A stretch of 64,000 bases of DNA from Candidatus Choladousia intestinavium (lineage in GTDB: Bacteria > Bacillota > Clostridia > Lachnospirales > Lachnospiraceae), in NCBI GenBank assembly GCA_018712785.1, contig DVGK01000112.1:399-64398 (forward strand), written 5' to 3'. Positions 29,590 through 37,592 of this stretch are shown here, piece by piece (the first letter of the stretch is position 1; each line of letters begins with the position of its first letter). Under the pieces are notes generated by a model that did no database searches, was not told where the DNA came from, and was given only the letters and a program-made list of their open reading frames with translations. A program made the translations under genes and the position numbers.

Positions 29590-30576
29590 TTTTTTATAAT
29601 TTGAAAAGAACTGCAGCTGCTGCAGGGAGGTGGAGCCAACGAAGAGTAAAAGTGAGAACCAGATGCTGAAAGACTTTCGTGAAACCACGAGAGAACTGGA
29701 TAACCTGTCCGTAAATACGCGGATGCCCTGGGGGAGACCCTTCAGGAGATGAAAGGATAAAAAGAATAAAAACAAAAATGACAATCATCGGAGGATACGC
29801 AGCCGCAACTGCGGGATCGGAGAAGATGTCGAGTGCGCTCGGTTGCTTATATAGGACCGGGCCTTTTTTGGGCTTTTTTCAGATGCCGGATCAAAAGCTT
29901 ATGCCTGCGCTATGCTTAAGGGGCAGATGACTGTCGGCGTTGTACAGGCGTTTTTCCAGTATATTAATCAGACAGCGGAGCCCCTTACAGAAGCCTCTTA
30001 TATGATTAACTCTCTTCAGGCAGCTTTTGCCTCGGCAGAGCGTATCTTTCAGCTGCTGGACGAAGAAGAGGAAATTCCGAACCCGGTATCTCCTGTTTCC
30101 ATCGAGAGGGCTAAAGGAGAAATCCGTTTCGATCATGTAAGCTTCGGCTACAGTCCGGAAAAAATCCTCATGAAGAATATCAGCTTTATGGCGGTTCCCG
30201 GCCAGAAAATCGCCGTGGTGGGAAGCACCGGCGCGGGAAAGACAACCCTTGTAAATCTGCTGACGCGCTTCTATGAGATTAACAGCGGAAAGATTACCGT
30301 TGAGCCCGTATCTTCTTGTGCGACCCTCCGATTCTGATTCTGGACGAGGCTACTTCCAGCGTGGATACCCGTACGGAGGTGGAGATCGGAAAGGCCATGA
30401 AGAAGCTTATGTACGGCCGGACCAGCTTCGTGATCGCCCATAGGTTTTCCACGATCCGGGACGCGGACATGATCCTGTTTATGGAGCGCGGAAATATTAT
30501 CGAACAGGGAAATCATAAGGAGCTGCTGAAAAAGAACGGGGCCTATGCGAAACTTTATTACAGCCAGTTTGAATAA
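29590..30576 (+). pseudogene. Decayed MsbA/type-1 ABC exporter (TMD remnant plus NBD with internal deletion)
   Basis: Fragments in shifting frames: ENQMLKDFRETTRELDNLS (ICL-like), GQMTVGVVQAFFQYINQTAEPL...AERIFQLLDEEEEIP, Walker A GSTGAGKTT. The sequence then jumps directly to [12 protein letters not shown] (Walker B). The Q-loop and LSGGQ signature are missing, as is the N-terminal TMD half. Confidence 0.8.
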
Positions 30577-30601
30577 AAGTGACGGTTCAGCCAAAAATCT
30601 C

Positions 30602-30632
30602 TTGACTTGGAGCTGGCTTCAGGGATTACAAT
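30602..30632 (+). promoter_or_regulatory. MerR-type promoter (19-nt spacer) with imperfect dyad
   Basis: TTGACT (30602-30607), 19-nt spacer, TACAAT (30627-30632). The spacer contains CTTGGAGC-TG-GCTTCAGG, an imperfect inverted repeat. Confidence 0.45.
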
Positions 30633-30760
30633 CTTACTGTAGCAGACGGTGTTCGGGCTCTGCCTTTGCAAAGCCTGGGCATTGAAGTCAGGTCAGCGCG
30701 GCCAGTGTACATGCGGGAGGCGGTTCAGCAGAATCATAACTCTGCCGGCAGCAGTGACAG

Positions 30761-31156
30761 ATGAGAAAGAAAGGATGGCAAAAAGTGACCATTAAAGAAG
30801 TCAGTGAGAAATATAATATTTCTCAGAATACACTCCGCTATTATGAGCGGGTGGGCATGATTCCCACCGTTCACCGCACGCCCGGAGGGATCCGGGATTA
30901 TCAGAAAGAGGATCTGGGGTGGGTGGAGCTTGCGCTGTGCATGCGGAGCGCCGGTCTTCCTGTGGAAGTTATGAGCCAATACGTGAAGCTGGTGCAGCAG
31001 GGAGATTCTACCATACCTGCCCGGCTGAAGCTTCTGCTGGAGCAGAAGGAGAAGCTTCTGGCCCAGCAGAAGCAGATTGAGGTAACCTTGGAACGGCTGA
31101 AAAGAAAAATCGCGAAATACGAAGAAGAAAACGGAATACATGGGGCAAACGGCTGA
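30761..31156 (+). CDS. MerR-family transcriptional regulator (start may be GTG 30785)
   Basis: VTIKEVSEKYNISQNTLRYYERVGMIP...GGIRDY HTH, then a coiled-coil dimerisation helix. Confidence 0.88.
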   Translation: MRKKGWQKVTIKEVSEKYNISQNTLRYYERVGMIPTVHRTPGGIRDYQKEDLGWVELALCMRSAGLPVEVMSQYVKLVQQGDSTIPARLKLLLEQKEKLLAQQKQIEVTLERLKRKIAKYEEENGIHGANG

Positions 31157-31367
31157 GAAAATTTACACTTTCTCACACTTTCTTCAAAATTTTACCACAG
31201 AACCTTCACAGAACTAAGATATCTTAGTAAGTGTCAAAGGACAACACCCTTGTATTTATAACTTTTTCTTTTTCATGTAAGGGGACAGTGCAAAACCCGG
31301 ACGGGAACGGCTCATTCGGCATTTTGCATTATCCCCGCCTCTTTTTTTAAAAAAGGATATTTTCTAT

Positions 31368-31396
31368 TTGACAACTACCGTATTGTGTGATAGAAT
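31368..31396 (+). promoter_or_regulatory. Candidate sigma-A promoter for tRNA-Thr
   Basis: TTGACA (31368-31373), 17-nt spacer, TAGAAT (31391-31396). Confidence 0.55.
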
Positions 31397-31427
31397 CAAA
31401 AACCGTAGCGATGATTTATGTTGCTAT

Positions 31428-31500
31428 GCTGTTGTGGCACAGTCGGTAGCGCACCTCATTGGTAGTGAGGAGGTCACGGGTTCGATTCCCGTCAACAGCT
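31428..31500 (+). tRNA. tRNA-Thr (anticodon GGU)
   Basis: Manual cloverleaf: acceptor GCTGTTG/CAACAGC, anticodon arm CCTCA-TTGGTAG-TGAGG, T arm ACGGG-TTCGATT-CCCGT. One mismatch in the D stem. Confidence 0.85.
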
Positions 31501-31506
31501 TTCTAA

Positions 31507-31533
31507 AAGTACTGGATTTCCGGTACTTTTTTT
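31507..31533 (+). terminator. Terminator after tRNA-Thr
   Basis: AAGTACTGG-ATTT-CCGGTACTT stem followed by a T run. Confidence 0.65.
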
Positions 31534-32032
31534 GTTTCGTGTTGCAATTCGTGTTGCATAGCTTCTCAAAGTAGCTGTTTGCTTTATCATTCATTTCTTT
31601 CTGGCGATCGTCCAATGCGTGCCTGTAAATTTCTTTCAGCACTCCATCATTCCCCCATCCGCCACGCTGCATAATATATACGTCCGGTATTCCAATAGCA
31701 TGCTGCACGCTTGCGGAATAATGGCGGAGATCGTGGAACCTGAAGTGATGAATTCCAGACGATTTCAGCAACCGGTTAAAACGCATTGTAATTACATCGG
31801 GCCTCAAGCTTACGATTTGTCCAGAAGTTTTTCCGGCCCATTTTTTCGCTACATAATCTGGATATTCAATGTAGCGGTCTCCGGGCCTGTATAGTGATCT
31901 ATGTAAGGCCGTTCGGTGTTGGCGCACCGGGCGGTTTTAACAGTTTGACAATTTTGCATGTATGACTTATAATATACTTATCAAGACAGCCGGAAGGTGA
32001 CTGCATCTCACCCGCCCCGGCGAAAGATAACT

Positions 32033-32078
32033 AAAAAAATAGTCGTCGGCTTTGCTAGGGCAGGACGGCTATTTTTTA
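32033..32078 (-). terminator. Rho-independent terminator for the small peptide gene (bidirectional shape)
   Basis: AAATAGTCGTC ... GACGGCTATTT stem flanked by an A7 run and a T6 run. The minus-strand RNA ends in a U run. Confidence 0.6.
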
Positions 32079-32152
32079 TGCGTAAAATTAAGGATGGCAA
32101 CAATCAAACTTGCGATTGACAGTATAACCATAAATTCCTCATATGTACTCAT
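32069..32152 (-). CDS. 27-aa hydrophobic peptide, holin-like-toxin / type I toxin-like (not in ORF track)
   Basis: MSTYEEFMVILSIASLIVAILNFTHKK. Strong SD GGAAGGGGGTGG ends about 5 nt before the ATG. Own terminator; TATAAT at 32221-32226 (minus strand) lies upstream. Confidence 0.55.
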   Translation of the reverse strand: MSTYEEFMVILSIASLIVAILNFTHKK

Positions 32153-32281
32153 AATTACCACCCCCTTCCGCAAGACTCGGAACGGGTGGAAGCGCGTCCT
32201 CCGGCTGGCCGGGGAAGCATATTATATAGTTGTCAGGGATGCTCCTGTTGGTGCATCGGGCTGTTTTACGTTTTACTGATG

Positions 32282-32536
32282 ACACGGATCCTGTCATCTG
32301 TATTTTATATCAACAGCATGAGAAGTAAAAGTGGAGAATTTAATGATGAAACGGTAATCGAAAATATTGGGGTGTTATGCGGAGAAGAACTAAGGGAGCT
32401 GCCTTATTGGGAAACGATCAACCATTATCTGAAACCGTTTTTAGAGAACGATCAGCCAGATATAATGAGTAAAAAGCCAAAAAGACACCCTTTATATAAA
32501 CAAAATATATTTTGCTCGTCAGAGCTGGAAAGCTGA
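32282..32536 (+). pseudogene. Possible N-terminal scrap of an IS4-like DDE transposase
   Basis: FYINSMRSKSGEFNDETVIENIGVLCGEELRELPYWETINHYLK resembles the SMR..FN.E.C...L......PHYDT.N.YL motif I recall from clostridial IS4-like transposases. No DDE domain follows. Confidence 0.3.
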
Positions 32537-32827
32537 TTTATCAATTTGACAGATAGGGAAATCTATGATATTTTATTAAGAAATACGGAAAGGAAGTGAT
32601 TTCACACATGGACGATGGCTGTCAAGGCGATTGTACAAAGATGAATATTTTATTAGCTGCGCCATGTTGCTTTATGGATAGATAGAGGTATGGTCTGCCG
32701 GGGAATGCACTTAAGTTCCGCGGCAGGCTGTACCTTTTTGCGGTTTTGAGCAGAGAAATCCGCCGGGGGAGACGGCGGCTGCTCTTAGCGGTCCGAGAGT
32801 TTACGTTTCAACAGATGGAGGAGTAAC

Positions 32828-34156
32828 ATGATAGGAGCTATATTATTACAGATTTTATTGATTTTTCTAAATGCAACTTTTGCCAGCGCCGAGATAGCGG
32901 TGCTGTCGATGAATGAGACGAAGCTGAAAAAAATGGCGGAGGACGGAGACAAGAGAGCCAGGAAGCTGAAGGCATTGACGGAACAGCCGGCCAGGTTTCT
33001 GTCCACGATTCAGATAGCCATTACTCTGTCCGGATTTCTGGGCAGTGCGTTTGCGGCAGACAACTTTGCGGGATATCTGGTAGATCTTCTGGTAGCCCTG
33101 AATGTACCGGCGCCCCGGTCGGTGCTGAATTCAGCTTCCGTATTTTTGATTACCGTGATTCTTTCTTATTTCAGCCTTGTTTTCGGTGAGCTGGTTCCCA
33201 AGCGGGTCGCTATGAAAAAGTCAGAGTCCTTATCCCTGGGTATGTCCGGTATGCTGTATGGAATATCTAAGGTTTTTTCGCCGATTGTATTTCTGCTGAC
33301 CATTTCTACGAATCTGGTGCTCAAGCTTATGGGAATCGATCCGGAAGAGGAGGATGAGCAGGTTTCTGAGGAAGAGATCCGCATGATGCTGGCGGCGGGA
33401 AATGAGCAGGGAACCATTGACGCGGAAGAAAATGAAATGATCCAAAACGTTTTTGAGTTCGATGACATTACGGCCGGACAGATTTGTACCCACCGCATCG
33501 ATGTGATTTCTCTGGATGTCACGGATACGGCGGAGGACTGGAAGAAGATCATCTACGAACAGAGACATACTCTGTACCCGGTCTGCGACGGCAGTGTGGA
33601 TGACGTGATCGGGATTCTGGATACAAAGGATTACTTCCGGTCAGCGGATCAGTCTAAGGAATATCTGCTGGAGCATGCGGTGGATCAGCCGTACTTTGTG
33701 CCGGAGAGCATGAAGGCCAATGTCCTGTTCCGGAATATGAAGCAGAACAGAACCTACTTTGCCGTGGTAATAGACGAATACGGCGGATTATCGGGAATTG
33801 TCACGCTGCATGATCTGATGGAGACTCTGGTGGGGGACCTTTATGAGATCGAGGAGCCGGCTATGCCTGAAGAGATCGAACAGATCGGGGAGAACCGCTG
33901 GTGCATCTACGGCTCCGCGGAGCTGGATGACGTGGCGGAGGCTCTGGGTATTGAGCTTCCGGTGGATGAATATGACACATACAGCGGATTTATCTGCGGT
34001 GAGATCGGCAGAGTACCCAAGGATGGAGAGAGCTTTGAAGCAGAGTTCCGCGGGCTGAAGGTTCATGTCCACTCTGTGGAGAATCATGTGGTAGGGAGGA
34101 CTACCGTAGAGGTGCTTCCTCAGGAGAAGGAGGAAGAAGAACCGGAGCGGGCATAA
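32828..34156 (+). CDS. CNNM/hemolysin-family protein (DUF21-CBS pair-CorC_HlyC), putative Mg/divalent-cation transporter
   Basis: N-terminal DUF21 TM region with SAEIAVLS, then FGELVPKRVA, then CBS pair and C-terminal transporter-associated domain. Confidence 0.88.
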   Translation: MIGAILLQILLIFLNATFASAEIAVLSMNETKLKKMAEDGDKRARKLKALTEQPARFLSTIQIAITLSGFLGSAFAADNFAGYLVDLLVALNVPAPRSVLNSASVFLITVILSYFSLVFGELVPKRVAMKKSESLSLGMSGMLYGISKVFSPIVFLLTISTNLVLKLMGIDPEEEDEQVSEEEIRMMLAAGNEQGTIDAEENEMIQNVFEFDDITAGQICTHRIDVISLDVTDTAEDWKKIIYEQRHTLYPVCDGSVDDVIGILDTKDYFRSADQSKEYLLEHAVDQPYFVPESMKANVLFRNMKQNRTYFAVVIDEYGGLSGIVTLHDLMETLVGDLYEIEEPAMPEEIEQIGENRWCIYGSAELDDVAEALGIELPVDEYDTYSGFICGEIGRVPKDGESFEAEFRGLKVHVHSVENHVVGRTTVEVLPQEKEEEEPERA

Positions 34157-34198
34157 GTGAGCAAAAGAATAAAGATTCATATAAAATGATTCACAAAA

Positions 34199-34241
34199 AG
34201 GCAGGCATTCACAGAAAAAGTGATATGCCTGCCTGATTTTT
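34199..34241. terminator. Bidirectional terminator between convergent CNNM gene and spoVT
   Basis: AGGCAGGCAT ... ATGCCTGCCT perfect 10-bp stem with an A run before it and a T run after it. Confidence 0.7.
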
Positions 34242-34788
34242 ACTGTTCCATCTGCCGCCCCATGAACCCTGCGGCGCATTTTGCCAGCACCTGTTCCGTC
34301 TCACCCATTTTACGGCTGCCGTCCTTGCTGCGGAGGATGACGGAGCCGATGACATCTCCCTCGCAGAGGATGGGACTGATCACCATGGGGAGGCTGGTAT
34401 CAGGATCTTCGCTGGTGATTTTAACAGGGGGAGTGTGCTGCTGATCCAGGAGAACATTTTCTCTTTCGTTCATCACTTCCTCCAGCTGTCCCGTCACAGG
34501 TGTGCCGATGGTATCTTTCTTTATCCCGCCGGCAGCAGCGATGACCTGATCCCGGTCTGTGATGCAGACACTGTGACCGGAAGCGGAGGCCAGGGCTTCC
34601 GCGTACTCCTTGGCAAAATTTCCCAGATCTCCGATAGGGGAATATTTTTTTAATATAATTTCTCCTTCCCGGTCGGTAAAGATTTCCAGCGGATCTGCCT
34701 CCCGGATGCGGAGGGTACGGCGAATTTCTTTAGGTATAACGACGCGGCCAAGATCGTCGATTCTTCTTACAATTCCTGTAGCTTTCAT
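34240..34788 (-). CDS. spoVT: Stage V sporulation protein T (AbrB-family regulator)
   Basis: MKATGIVRRIDDLGRVVIPKEIRRTLRIREADPLEIF SpoVT/AbrB swapped-hairpin N-terminus plus a GAF-like C-terminus. Confidence 0.93.
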   Translation of the reverse strand: MKATGIVRRIDDLGRVVIPKEIRRTLRIREADPLEIFTDREGEIILKKYSPIGDLGNFAKEYAEALASASGHSVCITDRDQVIAAAGGIKKDTIGTPVTGQLEEVMNERENVLLDQQHTPPVKITSEDPDTSLPMVISPILCEGDVIGSVILRSKDGSRKMGETEQVLAKCAAGFMGRQMEQ

Positions 34789-34857
34789 TTGTCAGTTCTG
34801 CCTCCATTTCTGATTTCTGTCGTAGGGTCTGTTTTTTCAAACATAAGTCTGTAAACC

Positions 34858-34887
34858 TAGTATCTGTAAGAAATGGAGATTTATTCA
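34858..34887 (-). promoter_or_regulatory. Candidate forespore (sigma-G/F type) promoter for spoVT
   Basis: On the minus strand: TGAATA, 17 nt, GATACTA. This approximates the GHATR-N17/18-CATNNTA consensus, with one mismatch in the -10. Confidence 0.35.
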
Positions 34888-34925
34888 TGGCTTTTTAAGG
34901 GCAGAACTGCCTTTTGTCCGCAGGC

Positions 34926-36392
34926 TTAAAAGCTCAGAGACTGACGGCCCATCTGCTCCAGAAGATCACTTTTGATCTTAAAAAGTTTGTCGGAGAGATC
35001 CACGTACACCTTGTGGGGGTTGGCGAAACGCTTCGTCTCATCCCAGAGGGTGTTCTTTTCCCGAGTGCAGTAATCCCGGATTTCCATGACAGAAGGGGAG
35101 GTGTATACGCATTCGCCCTTCAGAAATACGGGAACCAGCATTTCCCGGAGGGAATACGTGTCGGCTTTGATCTTCGTCTTTTTCCAGGTCTCGATGGGGT
35201 CGAAGATGATCAGATCCCGGGACTCGTCGAAGGCCTCCTCCGCCAGACAGATCAGATCCGCCCGGATCTTTCCGGTCTGACGGTCATAGATCCGCAGAAT
35301 TTTTTTATTTCCGGGGTTTGTGATCTTTTCCGTGTTTTCGGACAGCTTGATCTTCGGAATAAATTCTCCTGTCTTTTCATCCAGAACAGCGGCAAGCTTA
35401 TATACGCCGCCGAAGGCGGGGCAGTCCTTGGAGGTAATCATGTTGGTGCCCACTCCCCAGGAAGTGATGGCGGCGCCCTGGGTCTTCAGGCTGTCGATGA
35501 GATACTCGTCCAGATCGCTGGAAGCGGAGATGACCGCATCCGGAAATCCGGCTTCGTCCAGCATCTTTCTGGCCTTTTTGGACATGTAGGCCAGGTCGCC
35601 GCTGTCCAGCCGGATCCCGTAATTCTTAAGCTCTATGCCGGATTCCCGCATCTCCCTGAAGATCCGGATAGCATTGGGGACGCCGGAGCGCAGCGTGTCA
35701 TACGTATCTACCAGCAGAAGGCAGGCGTCTGGATAGAGCTCGGAGTACTTTTTAAAGGCAGTGTATTCATCCGGAAAGCTCATAATCCAGCTGTGAGCGT
35801 GGGTTCCCTTTACCGGCACATCGAAAAGCTTGCCGGCCAGAACATTGGAGGTGCCGATGCATCCGGCGATCATGGCGGCTCTTGCGCCGTAGATGCCTGC
35901 GTCCGGCCCCTGGGCCCGCCGCAGCCCGAACTCCATAATGCCGTCTCCCCGGGCAGCCTGCACCACTCTGGCTGATTTGGTGGCAATGAGACTCTGGTGG
36001 TTTACAATGGTCAGGATAGCCGTCTCCACCAGCTGAGCCTGCATAATGGGCGCAATGACTTTTAACAGAGGCTCGTGGGGAAAGACCACGGAACCTTCCG
36101 GGATAGCATAGATGTCTCCTTCAAAGCGGAAGCCTTTTAAATAATCTAAAAAAGGCTCGTGAAAAATACCCAGGCTCCTTAAATAGTCAATATCCTCCGG
36201 TGAGAAGCGAAGATTTTTAATATAGTCTATGACCTGCTCCAGCCCCGCGGTAATGGCATAGCCGTTCCCGCAGGGGTTGTTCCGGTAGAAGACGTCAAAG
36301 ATTACCGTTTCGGAAGAATGGCTCTCAAAATAGCCCTGCATCATAGTCAGTTCATACAGATCTGTTAATAAAGTCAGATTCATTTTACTCAT
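34926..36392 (-). CDS. pncB: Nicotinate phosphoribosyltransferase
   Basis: MSKMNLTLLTDLYELTMMQGYF N-terminus, with GGAG SD before ATG 36392. The ORF-track extension to 36590 overlaps tRNA-Gln and its promoter. Confidence 0.92.
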   Translation of the reverse strand: MSKMNLTLLTDLYELTMMQGYFESHSSETVIFDVFYRNNPCGNGYAITAGLEQVIDYIKNLRFSPEDIDYLRSLGIFHEPFLDYLKGFRFEGDIYAIPEGSVVFPHEPLLKVIAPIMQAQLVETAILTIVNHQSLIATKSARVVQAARGDGIMEFGLRRAQGPDAGIYGARAAMIAGCIGTSNVLAGKLFDVPVKGTHAHSWIMSFPDEYTAFKKYSELYPDACLLLVDTYDTLRSGVPNAIRIFREMRESGIELKNYGIRLDSGDLAYMSKKARKMLDEAGFPDAVISASSDLDEYLIDSLKTQGAAITSWGVGTNMITSKDCPAFGGVYKLAAVLDEKTGEFIPKIKLSENTEKITNPGNKKILRIYDRQTGKIRADLICLAEEAFDESRDLIIFDPIETWKKTKIKADTYSLREMLVPVFLKGECVYTSPSVMEIRDYCTREKNTLWDETKRFANPHKVYVDLSDKLFKIKSDLLEQMGRQSLSF

Positions 36393-36497
36393 GGGAGTTC
36401 TCCTTTGCAGTGGTTGCGTAACGTTTCTTTTAGTTATCAAGTATACCACAAAATCCGGCGGTTGGAAGGGAATAATAAAATTTTTTAAAAAAAGTAC

Positions 36498-36526
36498 TTG
36501 CAATCTGTCCGAAGTTGCGATATAAT
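36498..36526 (+). promoter_or_regulatory. Candidate sigma-A promoter for tRNA-Gln
   Basis: TTGCAA (36498-36503), 17-nt spacer, TATAAT (36521-36526), about 20 nt before the tRNA. Confidence 0.55.
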
Positions 36527-36545
36527 CCTTCTTGCATGTGAACGA

Positions 36546-36617
36546 AGGGCTATCGCCAAACGGTAAGGCAACGGACTCTGACTCCGTCATTTCAAGGTTC
36601 GAATCCTTGTAGCCCTG
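36546..36617 (+). tRNA. tRNA-Gln (anticodon CUG)
   Basis: Manual cloverleaf: acceptor AGGGCTA/TAGCCCT, U8, D arm GCCA-AACGGTA-AGGC, anticodon arm ACGGA-CTCTGAC-TCCGT, T arm CAAGG-TTCGAAT-CCTTG. Confidence 0.88.
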
Positions 36618-36625
36618 TGAAAATG
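36570..36625 (+). repeat. Direct repeat copy 1 (3' two-thirds of tRNA-Gln plus 8 nt), att-like
   Basis: AACGGACTCTGACTCCGTCATTTCAAGGTTCGAATCCTTGTAGCCCTGTGAAAATG. It recurs at 37593-37647 with a single 1-nt deletion. Confidence 0.9.
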
Positions 36626-36655
36626 GATATCCTGAAGTGGATATCCATTTTTTTA
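36620..36655 (+). terminator. Terminator immediately after tRNA-Gln (island-borne)
   Basis: AAAATGGATATCC-TGAAGT-GGATATCCATTTT perfect stem plus a T run. Confidence 0.75.
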
Positions 36656-36830
36656 TTCATGACAATAGAAAGTTCGCGGAACATGCTTTCTATTGTTTGT
36701 TCTAAGAGTTTTTTAGAATAAATTTTTAAGATAAAACAGCTTGTTTTATTAAATGTGAGATTATATAATGATCTTAATTAAAAAATTGAAGCTCTCGGAT
36801 ATTAATATGGTTATTTACCCAGTATAAAGG

Positions 36831-37343
36831 GTGCGAGAAAAATCTTATCAAGAAGGGATGGTAATAGAAGTATTGAGAGTTTATTTGGATAACTGTTGTT
36901 ATAATCGTCCCTTTGATGATCGTTCAAATATTAAGAATTATCTTGAGAGGGAAGCTGTATTAATTGTAATGCAAATGGCTTTTGACGGAGAATTTGAAAT
37001 TATTGGATCAGAAGTTCTTAAAAAAGAAATGTTAATGATATCAGATATTGACAAAAGAAATAATGTTGAAAATCTTTACAAAGAACTGAGATCGAAAGAA
37101 GTTGAGCTGGAACGGTCAATTGTCCGCAGAGCAGAAGAAATTGTCAGGAATTCTTCGATTAAAGCTTTTGACAGTTTACATCTTGCTTGTGCAGAACATG
37201 GAGCGGATGTACTATTGACAACAGATATGAAATTTTTAAAAGCCGCAAACAAATTGAATGTCAAGGTGAAGATACAGAATCCTGTTGAGTTTGTTTTGGA
37301 GGTGAATAGTAGTGAACATGACGATGAAGTTGATGAAAAATAG
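36831..37343 (+). CDS. PIN-domain protein (VapC-like nuclease fold); start uncertain (36831 GTG / 36858 ATG)
   Basis: VYLDNCCYNRPFDD, LEREAVL, AFDSLHLACAE and VLLTTDMKF supply the four PIN acidic positions (D, E, D, D). Confidence 0.75.
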   Translation: MREKSYQEGMVIEVLRVYLDNCCYNRPFDDRSNIKNYLEREAVLIVMQMAFDGEFEIIGSEVLKKEMLMISDIDKRNNVENLYKELRSKEVELERSIVRRAEEIVRNSSIKAFDSLHLACAEHGADVLLTTDMKFLKAANKLNVKVKIQNPVEFVLEVNSSEHDDEVDEK

Positions 37344-37503
37344 CGAAATCAAACGTATTGGAACGGAGGCATTGATGAAAGCGTTAGGGCCTATTGGAAT
37401 GGCGAGATATCTGGAAGAATATGATAATGGTGGAAACGGAGATTATACGAAAGAAAAATACCAACAACCAGATTATTCTGTTGAGGAAATTTTAAATATG
37501 TAA
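37312..37503 (+). CDS. 63-aa partner protein of the PIN gene (putative antitoxin), GTG start
   Basis: GGAGG lies 9 nt before GTG 37312. Overlaps the PIN gene's 3' end by 32 nt. The EIKRIGTEALMKALGPIGMARYLEEY segment looks helical. Confidence 0.55.
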   Translation: MNMTMKLMKNSEIKRIGTEALMKALGPIGMARYLEEYDNGGNGDYTKEKYQQPDYSVEEILNM

Positions 37504-37592
37504 GAAATAAAGTGATAGGTCGATCCATAGGTCAATTTATCAAGCCTGTTCTTTAAAAAGGCAGGATTTACGGGCAAAAATCCCTTGGAGCG

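Larger units (their letters stand above)
31424..31927 (-). pseudogene. 5'-truncated tyrosine recombinase/phage-type integrase remnant abutting tRNA-Thr
   Basis: Only the C-terminal catalytic part is present: FRFHDLRHYSAS (HxxR box), GGWGNDGVLKEIYRHA (W/H and Tyr nucleophile). The N-terminal core-binding domain and first catalytic Arg are absent. The open frame runs through the tRNA gene. Confidence 0.75.

Noticed and set aside
29503-29788. 93-aa and 64-aa minus-strand ORFs between the kinase-like gene and the ABC pseudogene.
   Set aside because: They are mirror frames of the decayed ABC-exporter TMD remnant. There is no SD, and their hydrophobic, low-complexity translations have no recognisable motif.
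28400-32830. Search for a second copy of the tRNA-Thr 3' end (attR/attL partner) to delimit the decayed island.
   Set aside because: I found no convincing match to the last 20 nt or more of the tRNA by eye, so I do not annotate island boundaries. This needs a computed repeat search.
34914-35975. 353-aa plus-strand ORF antisense to pncB, and similar long shadow ORFs at 11003-11671, 49618-50613, 56264-57262, 58812-59846 and 60625-61383.
   Set aside because: Each is the mirror frame of a strongly supported gene on the other strand. Their compositions are biased and no motifs are recognisable.
36393-36590. N-terminal 66-codon extension of the pncB ORF.
   Set aside because: The extension overlaps tRNA-Gln and its promoter on the other strand. 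The internal ATG at 36392 has a GGAG SD and gives the canonical MSKMNLTLLTDLYELTM N-terminus.
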